A stretch of 64,000 bases of DNA from an uncultured Chloroflexia bacterium. GTDB lineage: Bacteria > Chloroflexota > Limnocylindria > Limnocylindrales > CSP1-4. Positions 20,318 to 28,812 of the stretch are shown piece after piece. The notes beneath the pieces were generated by a model, which was not told the DNA's origin, did no database searches, and saw only the letters and a list, made by a program, of their open reading frames with translations. Each line of letters opens with the position of its first letter. The stretch's first letter is position 1. The position numbers and the translations under genes were made by a program. Where the stretch lies: the NCBI GenBank assembly GCA_963707215.1, contig CAVPPB010000003.1:1248001-1312000 (forward strand), written 5' to 3'.

Positions 20318-20566
20318 ATGACGCGCCGGCTGCCTCGCCACGCCGGCGAACGCGCCACCGACCGTGAGGTCGTGGTCGTCGCCGCGGTCCTGGAGGCGGG
20401 TTCAGAGAAGGCGGCCGCGCACCGCCTCGGCCTGTCGCACTCGACCGTCAAGCACCACCTCGCGAACGCGCGGTCCAAGGTGGGGGCCGAGACGACGGCG
20501 CAGCTGGTGTGGATCCTGGCGGAGCGCCTCCCCGAGCCGCAGGGCCCCGAACGCGGGAACGAGTAG
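20318..20566 (+). CDS. Small LuxR-type HTH protein (copy 1)
   Basis: TDREVVVV...SEKAAAHRLGLSHSTVKHHLANARSKVGAETTAQLVW; ATGA-coupled to the att-spanning tail ORF. Confidence 0.85.
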   Translation: MTRRLPRHAGERATDREVVVVAAVLEAGSEKAAAHRLGLSHSTVKHHLANARSKVGAETTAQLVWILAERLPEPQGPERGNE

Positions 20567-20620
20567 CGGCGAACCCTTGGCGCTCATCGAGGCCGAAGCC
20601 CGGGACGATGCCCGCCTTGT

Positions 20621-22615
20621 TCAGCCGCCCGCACTGTCTCCGAGGGGCTCCTGGGCGAACGGGTCCTGTGCCGACCCCGCGGTCGGGGCCGCCGTCCCGG
20701 GCAGGATCTCGAACGTGGGCTCGAAGTGCACGAGCAGTCCCGCCAGCCGCATGAGAACGGCCGGGTCGCCTTCGAGCTTCACCGTTCCCTCGGCGACCTG
20801 CTGCTGGAGGGGGGCGGTGCCGAGCATCGCGCGCTCCATATCCGACCGGTTGACGGTCATCGTGAGGTCGGCGCGCTCGGCGAGGAACCCCTCGAGGCTG
20901 GTGAGCGTGCCGTTGCTGAGCTCGACGACGAACTTCTCGCCGTTGTCCGGGGTGACGAGGTTCACGGTGAACGACTCGGCCTGCGCCTTCTGGGGGTCGA
21001 GGCGGACGCCGAGGAGGTCGAGGAACTGACCGGTCGTCACCGCGCGCAGGATGTCGGGGCCCGTGCTCTTCGGGATGGCGGCCGAGGACATGCCCGAGCG
21101 CAGCTCGAGCGCCGCCGCGAGGAAGCTGTTCCGGACGCTCGGGCTCTCCTGCTGGTAGCCGATCTGCTCGAACGCGTCGGCGAGCAGGCGCTTCGCGTCG
21201 GCGTTCCCGGGTTCCGCGTGCACGAGCTTGTCGAGGATCTCGGTCGCGAGCCGGTACTTGCCCTCGCCGACGAGCGCCCGGCCGCGGGCGAGGATCGCGT
21301 CGGCGCCGCCCATCATCTCGACGTACAGGGGGGCGGAGTCGCGCGGCGAGAGCGGGATGAGCGTCGTCGGGTTGCCGTCCCAATAGCCCAGGTACCGGTT
21401 GATGACGGCGCGCGCGTTGTGCTCGACCGAGCCGTGGTAGCTCCGCGCCGCCCACTGCTGCCGGAGGCTGCGCGGCGGCCGGTAGACGTTGTGGATCTCG
21501 TTGATGGTCACGCCGAGGTTGGCGTGGTGGAGCACCGCGTTGTTGAGGTGGGCGTACGCGTCGCGCTGCGTGCGCATCACCTCCTGAATGCGGTCGTTGC
21601 CCCAGCGCGGCCAGGAGTGCGAGGCGAACATCACCTCTGCCTCCCGGCCGAAGAGGTACAGCGCCCTGTTGATCTGGCGGGACCACTCGAGGGCGTCGCG
21701 GACGAGCGCGCCCCGCAGGGTGTAGATGTTGTGGACGGTCGCCACGATGTTCTCGGCCGCCCAGAACACCTTCCAGTCCGGGAACCACGTGTTCATCTCG
21801 GCGGGCGCCTCGGTGCCCGGCGTGTTCTGGAAGACCATCCGGACGCCGTCGACCGTGAGCTCCTCGACGTCGTCGCGGATGTAGATCGTCGGCGCGATCA
21901 GCCCCGGCGTCCCGACCGCGACGCCCTTGCCGATGGCCTGGTCCACGTGCCCGTACGGGCTCCGGTCGAGCTGCGTGCCGTACTGGTAGGCCATGCGACG
22001 GTTCATCGCGTTGCCGGCGTACACGTTCTCGGCGATCGCGTGCTCCATGAAGCCGACCGGCGCGATCACCTGCACGGCCCCGCTGCGCACGTCGGCCTCG
22101 TCCACGACGCCGCGCACGCCTCCCCAGTGGTCGCCGTGGGAGTGCGAGTAGACGACCGCCACGACCGGCCGCTCGCCCAGGTGCTTCGTCACGAGCTCGA
22201 GCGCGGCGGCAGCCGTCTCGGTCATCGTAAGAGGGTCGAAGACGATCCAGCCCGTGTCGGACCTGACGAAGCTGATGTTCGCGAGGTCGAAGCCGCGGAC
22301 CTGGTAGATCCGGCCCGGGACCACCTCGTACAGCCCGTACTCCATGTTGAGGACGGCCTGCCGCTGCAGGGACGGGTGGATGCTGTCGAAGTCCCGGCCG
22401 TCGAGCAGGAAGTCGTAGCTCCCGATGTTCCACGCGACGCCGCCGTTCGACGCCATGATCTGCCGGTACTCCGGCACCGCCAGCCGGCCGCGCCGCGCCT
22501 CCTCGAAGTCCCGCTCGTCGCTGAACGGGAGCGCGGCGCGGGCCGCCCCCTGGGCCGCGACAGTGGCGGGGGACGGCTGCCTGCCCAGCGGGTGGAAGTG
22601 AGCGGCGTCGGACAC
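20621..22615 (-). CDS. Alkyl/aryl sulfatase (SdsA1/YjcS-like, metallo-beta-lactamase fold)
   Basis: YQVRGFDLAN, YSHSHGDHWGG, HNIYTLRGA and C-terminal SCP2-like domain. Confidence 0.93.
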   Translation of the reverse strand: MSDAAHFHPLGRQPSPATVAAQGAARAALPFSDERDFEEARRGRLAVPEYRQIMASNGGVAWNIGSYDFLLDGRDFDSIHPSLQRQAVLNMEYGLYEVVPGRIYQVRGFDLANISFVRSDTGWIVFDPLTMTETAAAALELVTKHLGERPVVAVVYSHSHGDHWGGVRGVVDEADVRSGAVQVIAPVGFMEHAIAENVYAGNAMNRRMAYQYGTQLDRSPYGHVDQAIGKGVAVGTPGLIAPTIYIRDDVEELTVDGVRMVFQNTPGTEAPAEMNTWFPDWKVFWAAENIVATVHNIYTLRGALVRDALEWSRQINRALYLFGREAEVMFASHSWPRWGNDRIQEVMRTQRDAYAHLNNAVLHHANLGVTINEIHNVYRPPRSLRQQWAARSYHGSVEHNARAVINRYLGYWDGNPTTLIPLSPRDSAPLYVEMMGGADAILARGRALVGEGKYRLATEILDKLVHAEPGNADAKRLLADAFEQIGYQQESPSVRNSFLAAALELRSGMSSAAIPKSTGPDILRAVTTGQFLDLLGVRLDPQKAQAESFTVNLVTPDNGEKFVVELSNGTLTSLEGFLAERADLTMTVNRSDMERAMLGTAPLQQQVAEGTVKLEGDPAVLMRLAGLLVHFEPTFEILPGTAAPTAGSAQDPFAQEPLGDSAGG

Positions 22616-22893
22616 GGAATGCCCCTCTCCGGTTCTTGCGCATGCGAGTCAATGGCTGTGTTCCGAGAGTATCCGTTCCCGAGAGGTGGTCCGTCCGGCG
22701 GGCGCCGCGGCCAGGCGACTCAGGAGGGGGACGTCGGCTCCGCGACAGCCACGACCATGGCCCAATCGGCCAACTAGTCGTCGGAGTCGACCGCCGCCAC
22801 CCTTGAGGGCATGACGGCGCGCTGGTCCGATCCAGGTCGACTCCCGGTTCCCCCCACCGGGTACGTCCGCGCCGTCAACTCCTCGGCGGCCCG

Positions 22894-23019
22894 ATGAGCG
22901 GGATCGAGCTCGTCGCCGCGTTCCTCGCCGGGGTCGTCATGGGTGGCGCCCTCGACCGCTTCGTGCTCCCGCTCCTCGTCGATGCCTGGATCGACCGACT
23001 GCGCCGGCATGGGCGATGA
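22894..23019 (+). CDS. Small single-TM element protein
   Basis: MSGIELVAAFLAGVVMGGALDRFVLPLLVDAWIDRLRRHGR; ATGA overlaps on both sides. Confidence 0.55.
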   Translation: MSGIELVAAFLAGVVMGGALDRFVLPLLVDAWIDRLRRHGR

Positions 23020-23261
23020 ACGCAGGGACGGCCCGCCAGGTCGACGTGCTCGCCGCGTTCGTCGCGACCGGCTCCGTGGCAGACGCGGCGGCGCGCGTCG
23101 GCGTCCGTCCCGGCACCGCGCAGCGCCACCTCGCCGACCTGCGGGCGCGCTCGGGCCTCACGACCGAGCAGCTGATCTACCGGGGGCGGGCCGAGGGCTG
23201 GCTCGTGGTGCCGGGTCTGGAGCCCTGCTCCGTCACGAGTCCACCGGCTTGCGGCAGCTGA
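23016..23261 (+). CDS. Small HTH protein (divergent LuxR-like)
   Basis: TARQVDVLAAF...SVADAAARVGVRPGTAQRHLADLRARSGLTTEQLIY. Confidence 0.7.
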   Translation: MNAGTARQVDVLAAFVATGSVADAAARVGVRPGTAQRHLADLRARSGLTTEQLIYRGRAEGWLVVPGLEPCSVTSPPACGS

Positions 23262-23991
23262 CGATCCGGTTGTCCGTCAGGTGCCAGAGGCCCTTCTCAC
23301 GGGGGGCGCCCGCGTAGCGAACGGTCAGGTCCGCGAACCCGGCATCCTCGATCATCCGCCGGAAGTCGGCCTCGGTCCAGTTCCAGCGGTCGCCGGCCGT
23401 CCGCTCACTCAACGGCTTCTTCGGGCCGGAGATGAGCTCGTCCACGTACACGAATCGCCCGCCCGGGCGCAGCACCCGGAACACCTCGGCGGGGTTCGCC
23501 GGCGCCGTGATGGCGGTGACGGCCGAGAACTCGCCGTCGCCGAAAGGCAGCGTGGCGGAGCTCGCCTGGACCAGCTGGGCCGTCCCCGCGGCGATCCGAT
23601 CCGAGAGCCGCCTCTCGGCCTCAGCCAGCATGACCCGCGAGGGATCGAGGCCGACGACCCGGCGCACGTGCGTCGCCTTGGTGGCCAGGAAGGCCCCGGG
23701 GCCACAGCCGATGTCCAGCAGCTCGTCCTCCAGTTGCGGGTCCAGCATCCCGGCGACGACGTCGTACAGGCGCGCATGGCCGATCGGCTGGACCTTCGCG
23801 AACGCCCTGCCGAGCGGCCCGTTGAACCAGAAGCCCTGCGGTCCACCCGGGGCGAACAGTGTGAACTGCACGTCCTCGCCCGACGGGGGCGCCTTGGGTT
23901 CCTGGCCCCGGCGCCGGCCGAGGACGACCGCCCCGGCAGTGACGGCGGCCAGCGTCCCGCCCGCGAGGGCGACCGTGGTGCGGCGGCGCAT
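23233..23991 (-). CDS. Class I SAM-dependent methyltransferase with N-terminal hydrophobic leader
   Basis: LLDIGCGPG, LPFGDGEF and EVFRVLRPGG motifs. Confidence 0.88.
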   Translation of the reverse strand: MRRRTTVALAGGTLAAVTAGAVVLGRRRGQEPKAPPSGEDVQFTLFAPGGPQGFWFNGPLGRAFAKVQPIGHARLYDVVAGMLDPQLEDELLDIGCGPGAFLATKATHVRRVVGLDPSRVMLAEAERRLSDRIAAGTAQLVQASSATLPFGDGEFSAVTAITAPANPAEVFRVLRPGGRFVYVDELISGPKKPLSERTAGDRWNWTEADFRRMIEDAGFADLTVRYAGAPREKGLWHLTDNRIVSCRKPVDS

Positions 23992-24058
23992 GGCGCGAAC
24001 CTCCTCGTTGCAGCTTCGGTCGCACGGAAGGTCGTCACTTCCGGCGGTGGCGATCCGG

Positions 24059-24889
24059 TCAGACGTGCAGGAACTCCGGCTCGACCTGAGCAGGCTGCCC
24101 TCGGCTCACCCGGAAGTCACAACGCTGCCCCCCATGGGCGATGGTCTCGGTGCGGTCGAGCCGCAGGTGCATCGCTGCGAACTGGGGATAGTCGATCCAA
24201 CAGAGGTACTGGGCGAGCTCGGGGGCGCCTTCCCGGTCGAGGTACTTCACGGCCGCGCACTCGGTGCAGTCCAGACCGAACGCGAAGCCCTGTCCGTCGC
24301 CTTCGACGACCTCGTACACCCAGTCCTCCGGGTAGCGGCGTTCCTGGCTGGTGGCAGCAACGTGTCTCCACACGTTCATGCCCTTCTGAGTGAGGAAGAG
24401 TCGGCCCTGCAAGCGCATCCGCCAGCGCGTGGGGGCAGTCTCGAGGAAGCTCACTTCCCCGAGGTGGATGAGACGGGCGGCCTCCTCGACCGATGCCCCA
24501 CGCGCCCGGAGCGCCTGGTACATCGCCAGCTTGGTAGCGACCTTACAGAGGACCTTCGTGAATGGGTTCTCGCCACCACCGATGTACGGGATGTCCGGCA
24601 GCAGGGCCTCGAAGCGCTGGATCGCGTCCTTGACGATCGCCTCCCCCTCCTCCTTGCCGTAGGCCGCGGCGAGGGGCTTCCTGAATGGCCGGAGGAAGGA
24701 CCGCACCTGCCGCATGATCTTGGGCTTGTGCTCGAGGTACCAGTTCTCGGCTTCCATGGTCCGACCCTCCAGGTTCGACGCATCGTGCTCCGGTCGGTCG
24801 TTGCGGAGGCGGCCGCCAACGATGGCGCCACCTGTGGCGGCGACCACAGCGCCGCCGGCGACAAGGGCGAGCGTGGTGCTGCGGCGCAT
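24059..24889 (-). CDS. L-2-amino-thiazoline-4-carboxylate hydrolase (ATC hydrolase)-like protein
   Basis: IPYIGG, DCTECA, YLCWID and RTETIAHGGQRCDFR motifs. Confidence 0.8.
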   Translation of the reverse strand: MRRSTTLALVAGGAVVAATGGAIVGGRLRNDRPEHDASNLEGRTMEAENWYLEHKPKIMRQVRSFLRPFRKPLAAAYGKEEGEAIVKDAIQRFEALLPDIPYIGGGENPFTKVLCKVATKLAMYQALRARGASVEEAARLIHLGEVSFLETAPTRWRMRLQGRLFLTQKGMNVWRHVAATSQERRYPEDWVYEVVEGDGQGFAFGLDCTECAAVKYLDREGAPELAQYLCWIDYPQFAAMHLRLDRTETIAHGGQRCDFRVSRGQPAQVEPEFLHV

Positions 24890-24914
24890 ACCGAACCTCC
24901 CTGGGATGCGACCA

Positions 24915-24987
24915 GCGGGTCGGTCTCGCCAGTGGCTCGGCGCGGTCCCGGCGGCCGGTGCTTGGGCCGCGCGTCGAAGCCTCCCGC
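24915..24987 (-). ncRNA. c-di-GMP-II-like riboswitch, GAG variant (copy B)
   Basis: GCGGGAGGCTTCGACGCGCGGCCC...GGCCGCCGGGACCGCGCCGAGCCACTGGCGAGACCGACCCGC. Confidence 0.75.
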
Positions 24988-25053
24988 GTAGTGGCGGTGA
25001 GTCTGGCCGGGCCGACGCCGACTGCCTAGAGGCTTTTGGCGCGAACGGGATGA

Positions 25054-25524
25054 TCAGGACGAGGCCGCGGCCCGATGCTCGGGACTCGACGCCGGTCGCT
25101 GGTCTCCGAGGCCCTGCTCTGCTGGCCTGGGCCACTTCCAGGCATGCCACACGATCAAGAGCCCGGCGATGATCATCGTGACCATGATCAGGAGCCCGAT
25201 CTCCAGCTCTCTGCCTGCGTGGTCAGCCACGTCCCAGGTAAACACCACGGTAGCGACCACGCCCAGGATGGCATTCGCATAGCGGTTGACTGGATCCCTC
25301 AGGACCAGCGTGAGGAAGGCCATCGCCAGGGGCAGGAGCGTGAAGAGCATGAGCATCGAGGTCAGCATGATCGCGTCGATCTTCTCGCCCTCGAACTCCC
25401 CTGTGGCGATGTATGCACTGAGAACGTCCGGCAGCAAGACGGCCGCGAGGATGGCTGCCAACTGACCGACGCCGAGGAAGATCCAGAGCGTCGATACCCG
25501 CAATTTCCAGGCGAGGAGCTCCAC
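25054..25524 (-). CDS. Membrane protein (DUF6326-like)
   Basis: LRVSTLWI, MAFLTLVLRDPVNRYANAILG and IVWHAWKWP; AAGGAGG RBS. Confidence 0.75.
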   Translation of the reverse strand: MELLAWKLRVSTLWIFLGVGQLAAILAAVLLPDVLSAYIATGEFEGEKIDAIMLTSMLMLFTLLPLAMAFLTLVLRDPVNRYANAILGVVATVVFTWDVADHAGRELEIGLLIMVTMIIAGLLIVWHAWKWPRPAEQGLGDQRPASSPEHRAAASS

Positions 25525-25552
25525 GCGATCCTCCTTGGGACGCCCTGCGCGA

Positions 25553-25625
25553 GCGGGTCGGTCTCGCCAGTGGCTCGGCGCGGTCCCGGCGGCCGGTGCA
25601 TGGGCCGCGCGTCGACGCCTCCCGC
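25553..25625 (-). ncRNA. c-di-GMP-II-like riboswitch, GAG variant (copy C)
   Basis: Near-identical to copy B and directly upstream of the RBS. Confidence 0.75.
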
Positions 25626-25769
25626 CGACCGCCTAGCGTAGGCGGCGGTCAGGCAGATTGGCGAGAGGCGAGCGGCCCCCGGTCGCCCGGTGCGCTCCGC
25701 GGCTTGGCCCCGCAAGCGTAGCACCGCAGGCGAATAGACCGCACCAGCCGTCCACCCGACGATTCGCGG

Positions 25770-25904
25770 GTGAAGCTGTGCACGGTCTGCGCTGTCGTCA
25801 CCAGCCGCGCGGGTAGTCGCTGCACCGCGCACGCCCGGCAGTCCAGCCGTAGCCGGCACAACGCCCTCTACAGCACGCGGGCCTGGCAGCGGCTCAGTGC
25901 CCGA
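25770..25904 (+). pseudogene. Phage-type HNH endonuclease, N-terminal fragment
   Basis: CTVC...RCTAH...LYSTRAWQRLSAR. Confidence 0.6.
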
Positions 25905-25949
25905 ACACCGACACTCCCGAGCCGCGTCGGTTCAGCAGCATCGGTCACG

Positions 25950-26564
25950 CTACGGGCAGGTGACCTCGAACGAGCCGGCGACGCCGGACCATTCCCGACC
26001 GAAGTTGATCGCCTGGACGTCAACGAACGTCCCCGTCCCGGTCGCGGTCACCGGCCGGCCCTCGGGAACGTTGTAGTCGAGTTGCGTGGAGCCGTCGGGG
26101 ATCGAAGTCACGACCGGCGGGTCGTCACCCGCGAACCACACCTGCTCGTCCAACCCCGAACCGAGCGAGACTTGAACACTCGGCGGGCTGAAGACGTCGC
26201 CCTGCGCTTCCCAGCCGGGCGGCGGGAGCACGATCACGACCTCGGGGTCAGCACCGTAGTTGCCTGCCTGGATGTACCCGGCGGTGAAGATGTCACACCG
26301 GATGTCGCTGAACTCGTACCGCTCGGTGCCGATCGTGACGACAGCGGTGTTCTGCTGACCACCGCCCGGGTTCGGAGCCGCGGTGGACGGCGCATCGGTG
26401 GACGGAGCATCTGCCGTTGGGATCGCGGGGCTCTCCGAGGAGAGTGGCGCAGAGCTCGCATCTTCCGTCGCCGGGGCATCCGAAGCCGGACCGCCGCACG
26501 CGGCCAGACCGATCGCCAACACGGCCGTAAGCGCGGCCATCCGCGTCATTCTCAACTGGCTCAT
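25950..26564 (-). CDS. Lipoprotein of unknown function
   Basis: LAAC lipobox, Pro/Ala/Ser linker, GGAGG RBS. Confidence 0.8.
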   Translation of the reverse strand: MSQLRMTRMAALTAVLAIGLAACGGPASDAPATEDASSAPLSSESPAIPTADAPSTDAPSTAAPNPGGGQQNTAVVTIGTERYEFSDIRCDIFTAGYIQAGNYGADPEVVIVLPPPGWEAQGDVFSPPSVQVSLGSGLDEQVWFAGDDPPVVTSIPDGSTQLDYNVPEGRPVTATGTGTFVDVQAINFGREWSGVAGSFEVTCP

Positions 26565-26750
26565 GTGCTGCCTCCAGGGCCGACCACAGAGCTGCCAGGT
26601 CTTGACGACTCGCTTGCTGGCCGATGGACAAGGGTATACGCACTGTCGATTCAGCGAGCTGGAAGCGCCGGCGCTCCTCGTGTGGACGGGAGCGCCGAAT
26701 AGGCGACTCCTCGGTCCTGACCCATGACCTCGATGCGGATCCGCTTGTTG

Positions 26751-26800
26751 ATCCGGCCCCTGTGCCACTCCTGCAACTCGACCAAGGGCGCGTCGACCGA
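26751..26800 (+). pseudogene. HNH endonuclease, C-terminal fragment
   Basis: IRPLCHSCNSTKGA (CxxCN..K). Confidence 0.55.
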
Positions 26801-26834
26801 CCGGGCTGCAGCGGCCGTCGTGCGGCCATCACGC

Positions 26835-27072
26835 ATCCCGACCGCTGCCGAGGCGCGCGCCTACCTCGAGTCGCTACCGGAGCTGTGGGCCAAGACCTCG
26901 GACGCCGGGGCGGCACGCGATCGCCGAGGCCGTGTTCGAACGGATCGATGTCCTGGGGGCGAAGGACTTCACGTTCGCGCTGACCGCCCAAGCGAGGGCC
27001 CGCGGATGGGACGTGGCCTTCGGGCCTGGCGTCGTCCGCGTGAAAGAAGGTCAGTCTGGTCAGGGCGAGAGG
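26835..27072 (+). pseudogene. Recombinase C-terminal remnant (large serine recombinase-like) ending in the tRNA-Pro att core
   Basis: EARAYLESLPELWAKTSDAG/RHAIAEAVFERIDVLG...SGQGER; core TGGTCAGGGCGAGAGG at 27057-27072. Confidence 0.65.
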
Positions 27073-27168
27073 GATCGCCCCGCCCCAAACTCAGCGATCG
27101 CTCAGCTTCCTGATGGTCAACGCCACCCCGCGGGAGCCGCCGTTGCCCCTCGAGCTGGTCCGCGGCGC

Positions 27169-27414
27169 ATGACGCGTCGGTTGTCCCGCTCCGCCGGACG
27201 CGCCACGGACCGAGAGGTCCTGGTCGTGGCGGCCGTCCTCGATGCCGGCTCGGAGAAGGCGGCCGCCCACCGCCTGGGCCTGTCGCACTCGACCGTGAAG
27301 CACCACCTGGCAAACGCGCGGTCCAAGGTGGGCGCCGAGACGACGGCGCAGCTGGTGTGGATCCTCGGCCCGCGGTTGCCGGGGCCCAAGGGCGTGGCGC
27401 AGACGGACGAGTAG
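27169..27414 (+). CDS. Small LuxR-type HTH protein (copy 2)
   Basis: Nearly identical to copy 1; GCGCATGA start context. Confidence 0.85.
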   Translation: MTRRLSRSAGRATDREVLVVAAVLDAGSEKAAAHRLGLSHSTVKHHLANARSKVGAETTAQLVWILGPRLPGPKGVAQTDE

Positions 27415-27548
27415 CACCGGAGGCCAGCGCGACACGTGTTGGGGCCTGAGGGGAAATGGCCCTCAACTTCGAGGACGAGACCGCCGGCACCACACGAGTC
27501 GCGCTGGCGACTCCACGCCCGTGCTCCAACGCTCAGGAGGTCGGGGCA

Positions 27549-27592
27549 TCCCAGGCAGAATGTCGCGGGTTCGAATCTCGACTCCCGCTCCG
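27549..27592 (+). mobile_element. Degenerate tRNA-Gly 3' half, att-like remnant
   Basis: TCCCAGGCAGAATGTCGCGGGTTCGAATCTCGACTCCCGCTCCG; upstream flank resembles that of the 18221-18266 copy. Confidence 0.7.
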
Positions 27593-27609
27593 CCTCGTCG
27601 CGGCCCGGG

Positions 27610-28704
27610 CTAGCGGGTCGGCGCCGCGACAAGCACTGGCAGCCCGGTGGAGGCGCGTAGCCGGTCCGGCATGACGCCCCGGAGACGCTCAGCGAGGCTG
27701 GGCCGATCGGCTCCCGGCGGCAGCACGAACAGAACGCCGCCAAACCGCCTCGCAGCCTCGGCCAGGCCCTCCGCGCCCGAATGCGTTGGGAACCAGCCGC
27801 CGGCGGTCACGCCGGCGGCCCGCGCCGCTTCGAGGTACGTCCCGATCCCGCCGCGCCCCTCGCGGCGGGCGAGCGCGTCGTCGAACAGCCGGTCGGGCGA
27901 GGGACGATTGAGATCGTCACCGCGCAGATCTCCGTACGGGCTGGAAAATCCTTCGGCCGAGCGATCCACGAGCACGAGCTGCCGGTTCTCACGAGCGGCG
28001 AGCGCCAATCCGACCAGGAATGCATCTCGATCGGCGCCCCGACCGACGGCCACCACGACCGCGCCCTCTGGGGCACCCGACGGGGCTACGTCGGCAGTCT
28101 CGCCGAGCCTGACCAGCTCCTGGGCGGCCGCGGATGTCGGAGCCCTCGGGGCCTCGGCGGGCGGCGCGCCGATCGGGCCGAGCGCGGCGATCAGGAGCTC
28201 GACCACTCCCGGATCGTCGGATACGAAGCCCACGAACCGCTTGCCGGGCGTGGCCGCTCCGCCGATCCCGAAGGTCGCCGGGTCGCCGAGCTCATAAGAC
28301 ACGAACGCGAGCGGTTCCGGGTCGTCGGTCACGAGGAACCACTGGGTCTCGAGCCTGCGGTGGTCACCTGGGACTTGGCGGTAGTCGAGCGTGGCGAGTC
28401 CGGGATCCTCCGGCCGAGGCCCGATCGCCCACACGGTGAGCCTCGTGCCGGCCTCGAGCAGGTCGACGTACCGGAGTGCCTCGACCCGGAGCTTCGCCGT
28501 CGTCTGGAACCCGACGAGCAGCCGTCCGCCCCGCGCGGCCGCCTCGATCTCGCGCGTGGTGCGCAGCATCCCTCGCGGGTCATAGGTGAAGCGGGTGGCA
28601 TCGGGAGCGCGCCCCAGCGCTTCGGCAAGCCGCCGGCCGATCTCGAAGATGCCCGCATCCCCCGAATCCGCCGGGTAGGTCCAATCCATGCTCGGTGCCG
28701 CCAT
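27610..28704 (-). CDS. Hypothetical protein, possible DICT-like sensory domain plus USP-like domain
   Basis: MLRTTREIE...LLVGFQ...QWFLV...GFVSDDP then VVVAVGRG...LVLVD...PVLV. Confidence 0.6.
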   Translation of the reverse strand: MAAPSMDWTYPADSGDAGIFEIGRRLAEALGRAPDATRFTYDPRGMLRTTREIEAAARGGRLLVGFQTTAKLRVEALRYVDLLEAGTRLTVWAIGPRPEDPGLATLDYRQVPGDHRRLETQWFLVTDDPEPLAFVSYELGDPATFGIGGAATPGKRFVGFVSDDPGVVELLIAALGPIGAPPAEAPRAPTSAAAQELVRLGETADVAPSGAPEGAVVVAVGRGADRDAFLVGLALAARENRQLVLVDRSAEGFSSPYGDLRGDDLNRPSPDRLFDDALARREGRGGIGTYLEAARAAGVTAGGWFPTHSGAEGLAEAARRFGGVLFVLPPGADRPSLAERLRGVMPDRLRASTGLPVLVAAPTR

Positions 28705-28812
28705 TGTGGTGCAGCGCTCCTTCGGGTCACTTGGCTCGGCCTCGAAGCTCATGAAGGCTGAGCGGTCGGATGAAGTGAGAGTAGACGACCAAATTGCCGG
28801 TTGGGCCGCACC

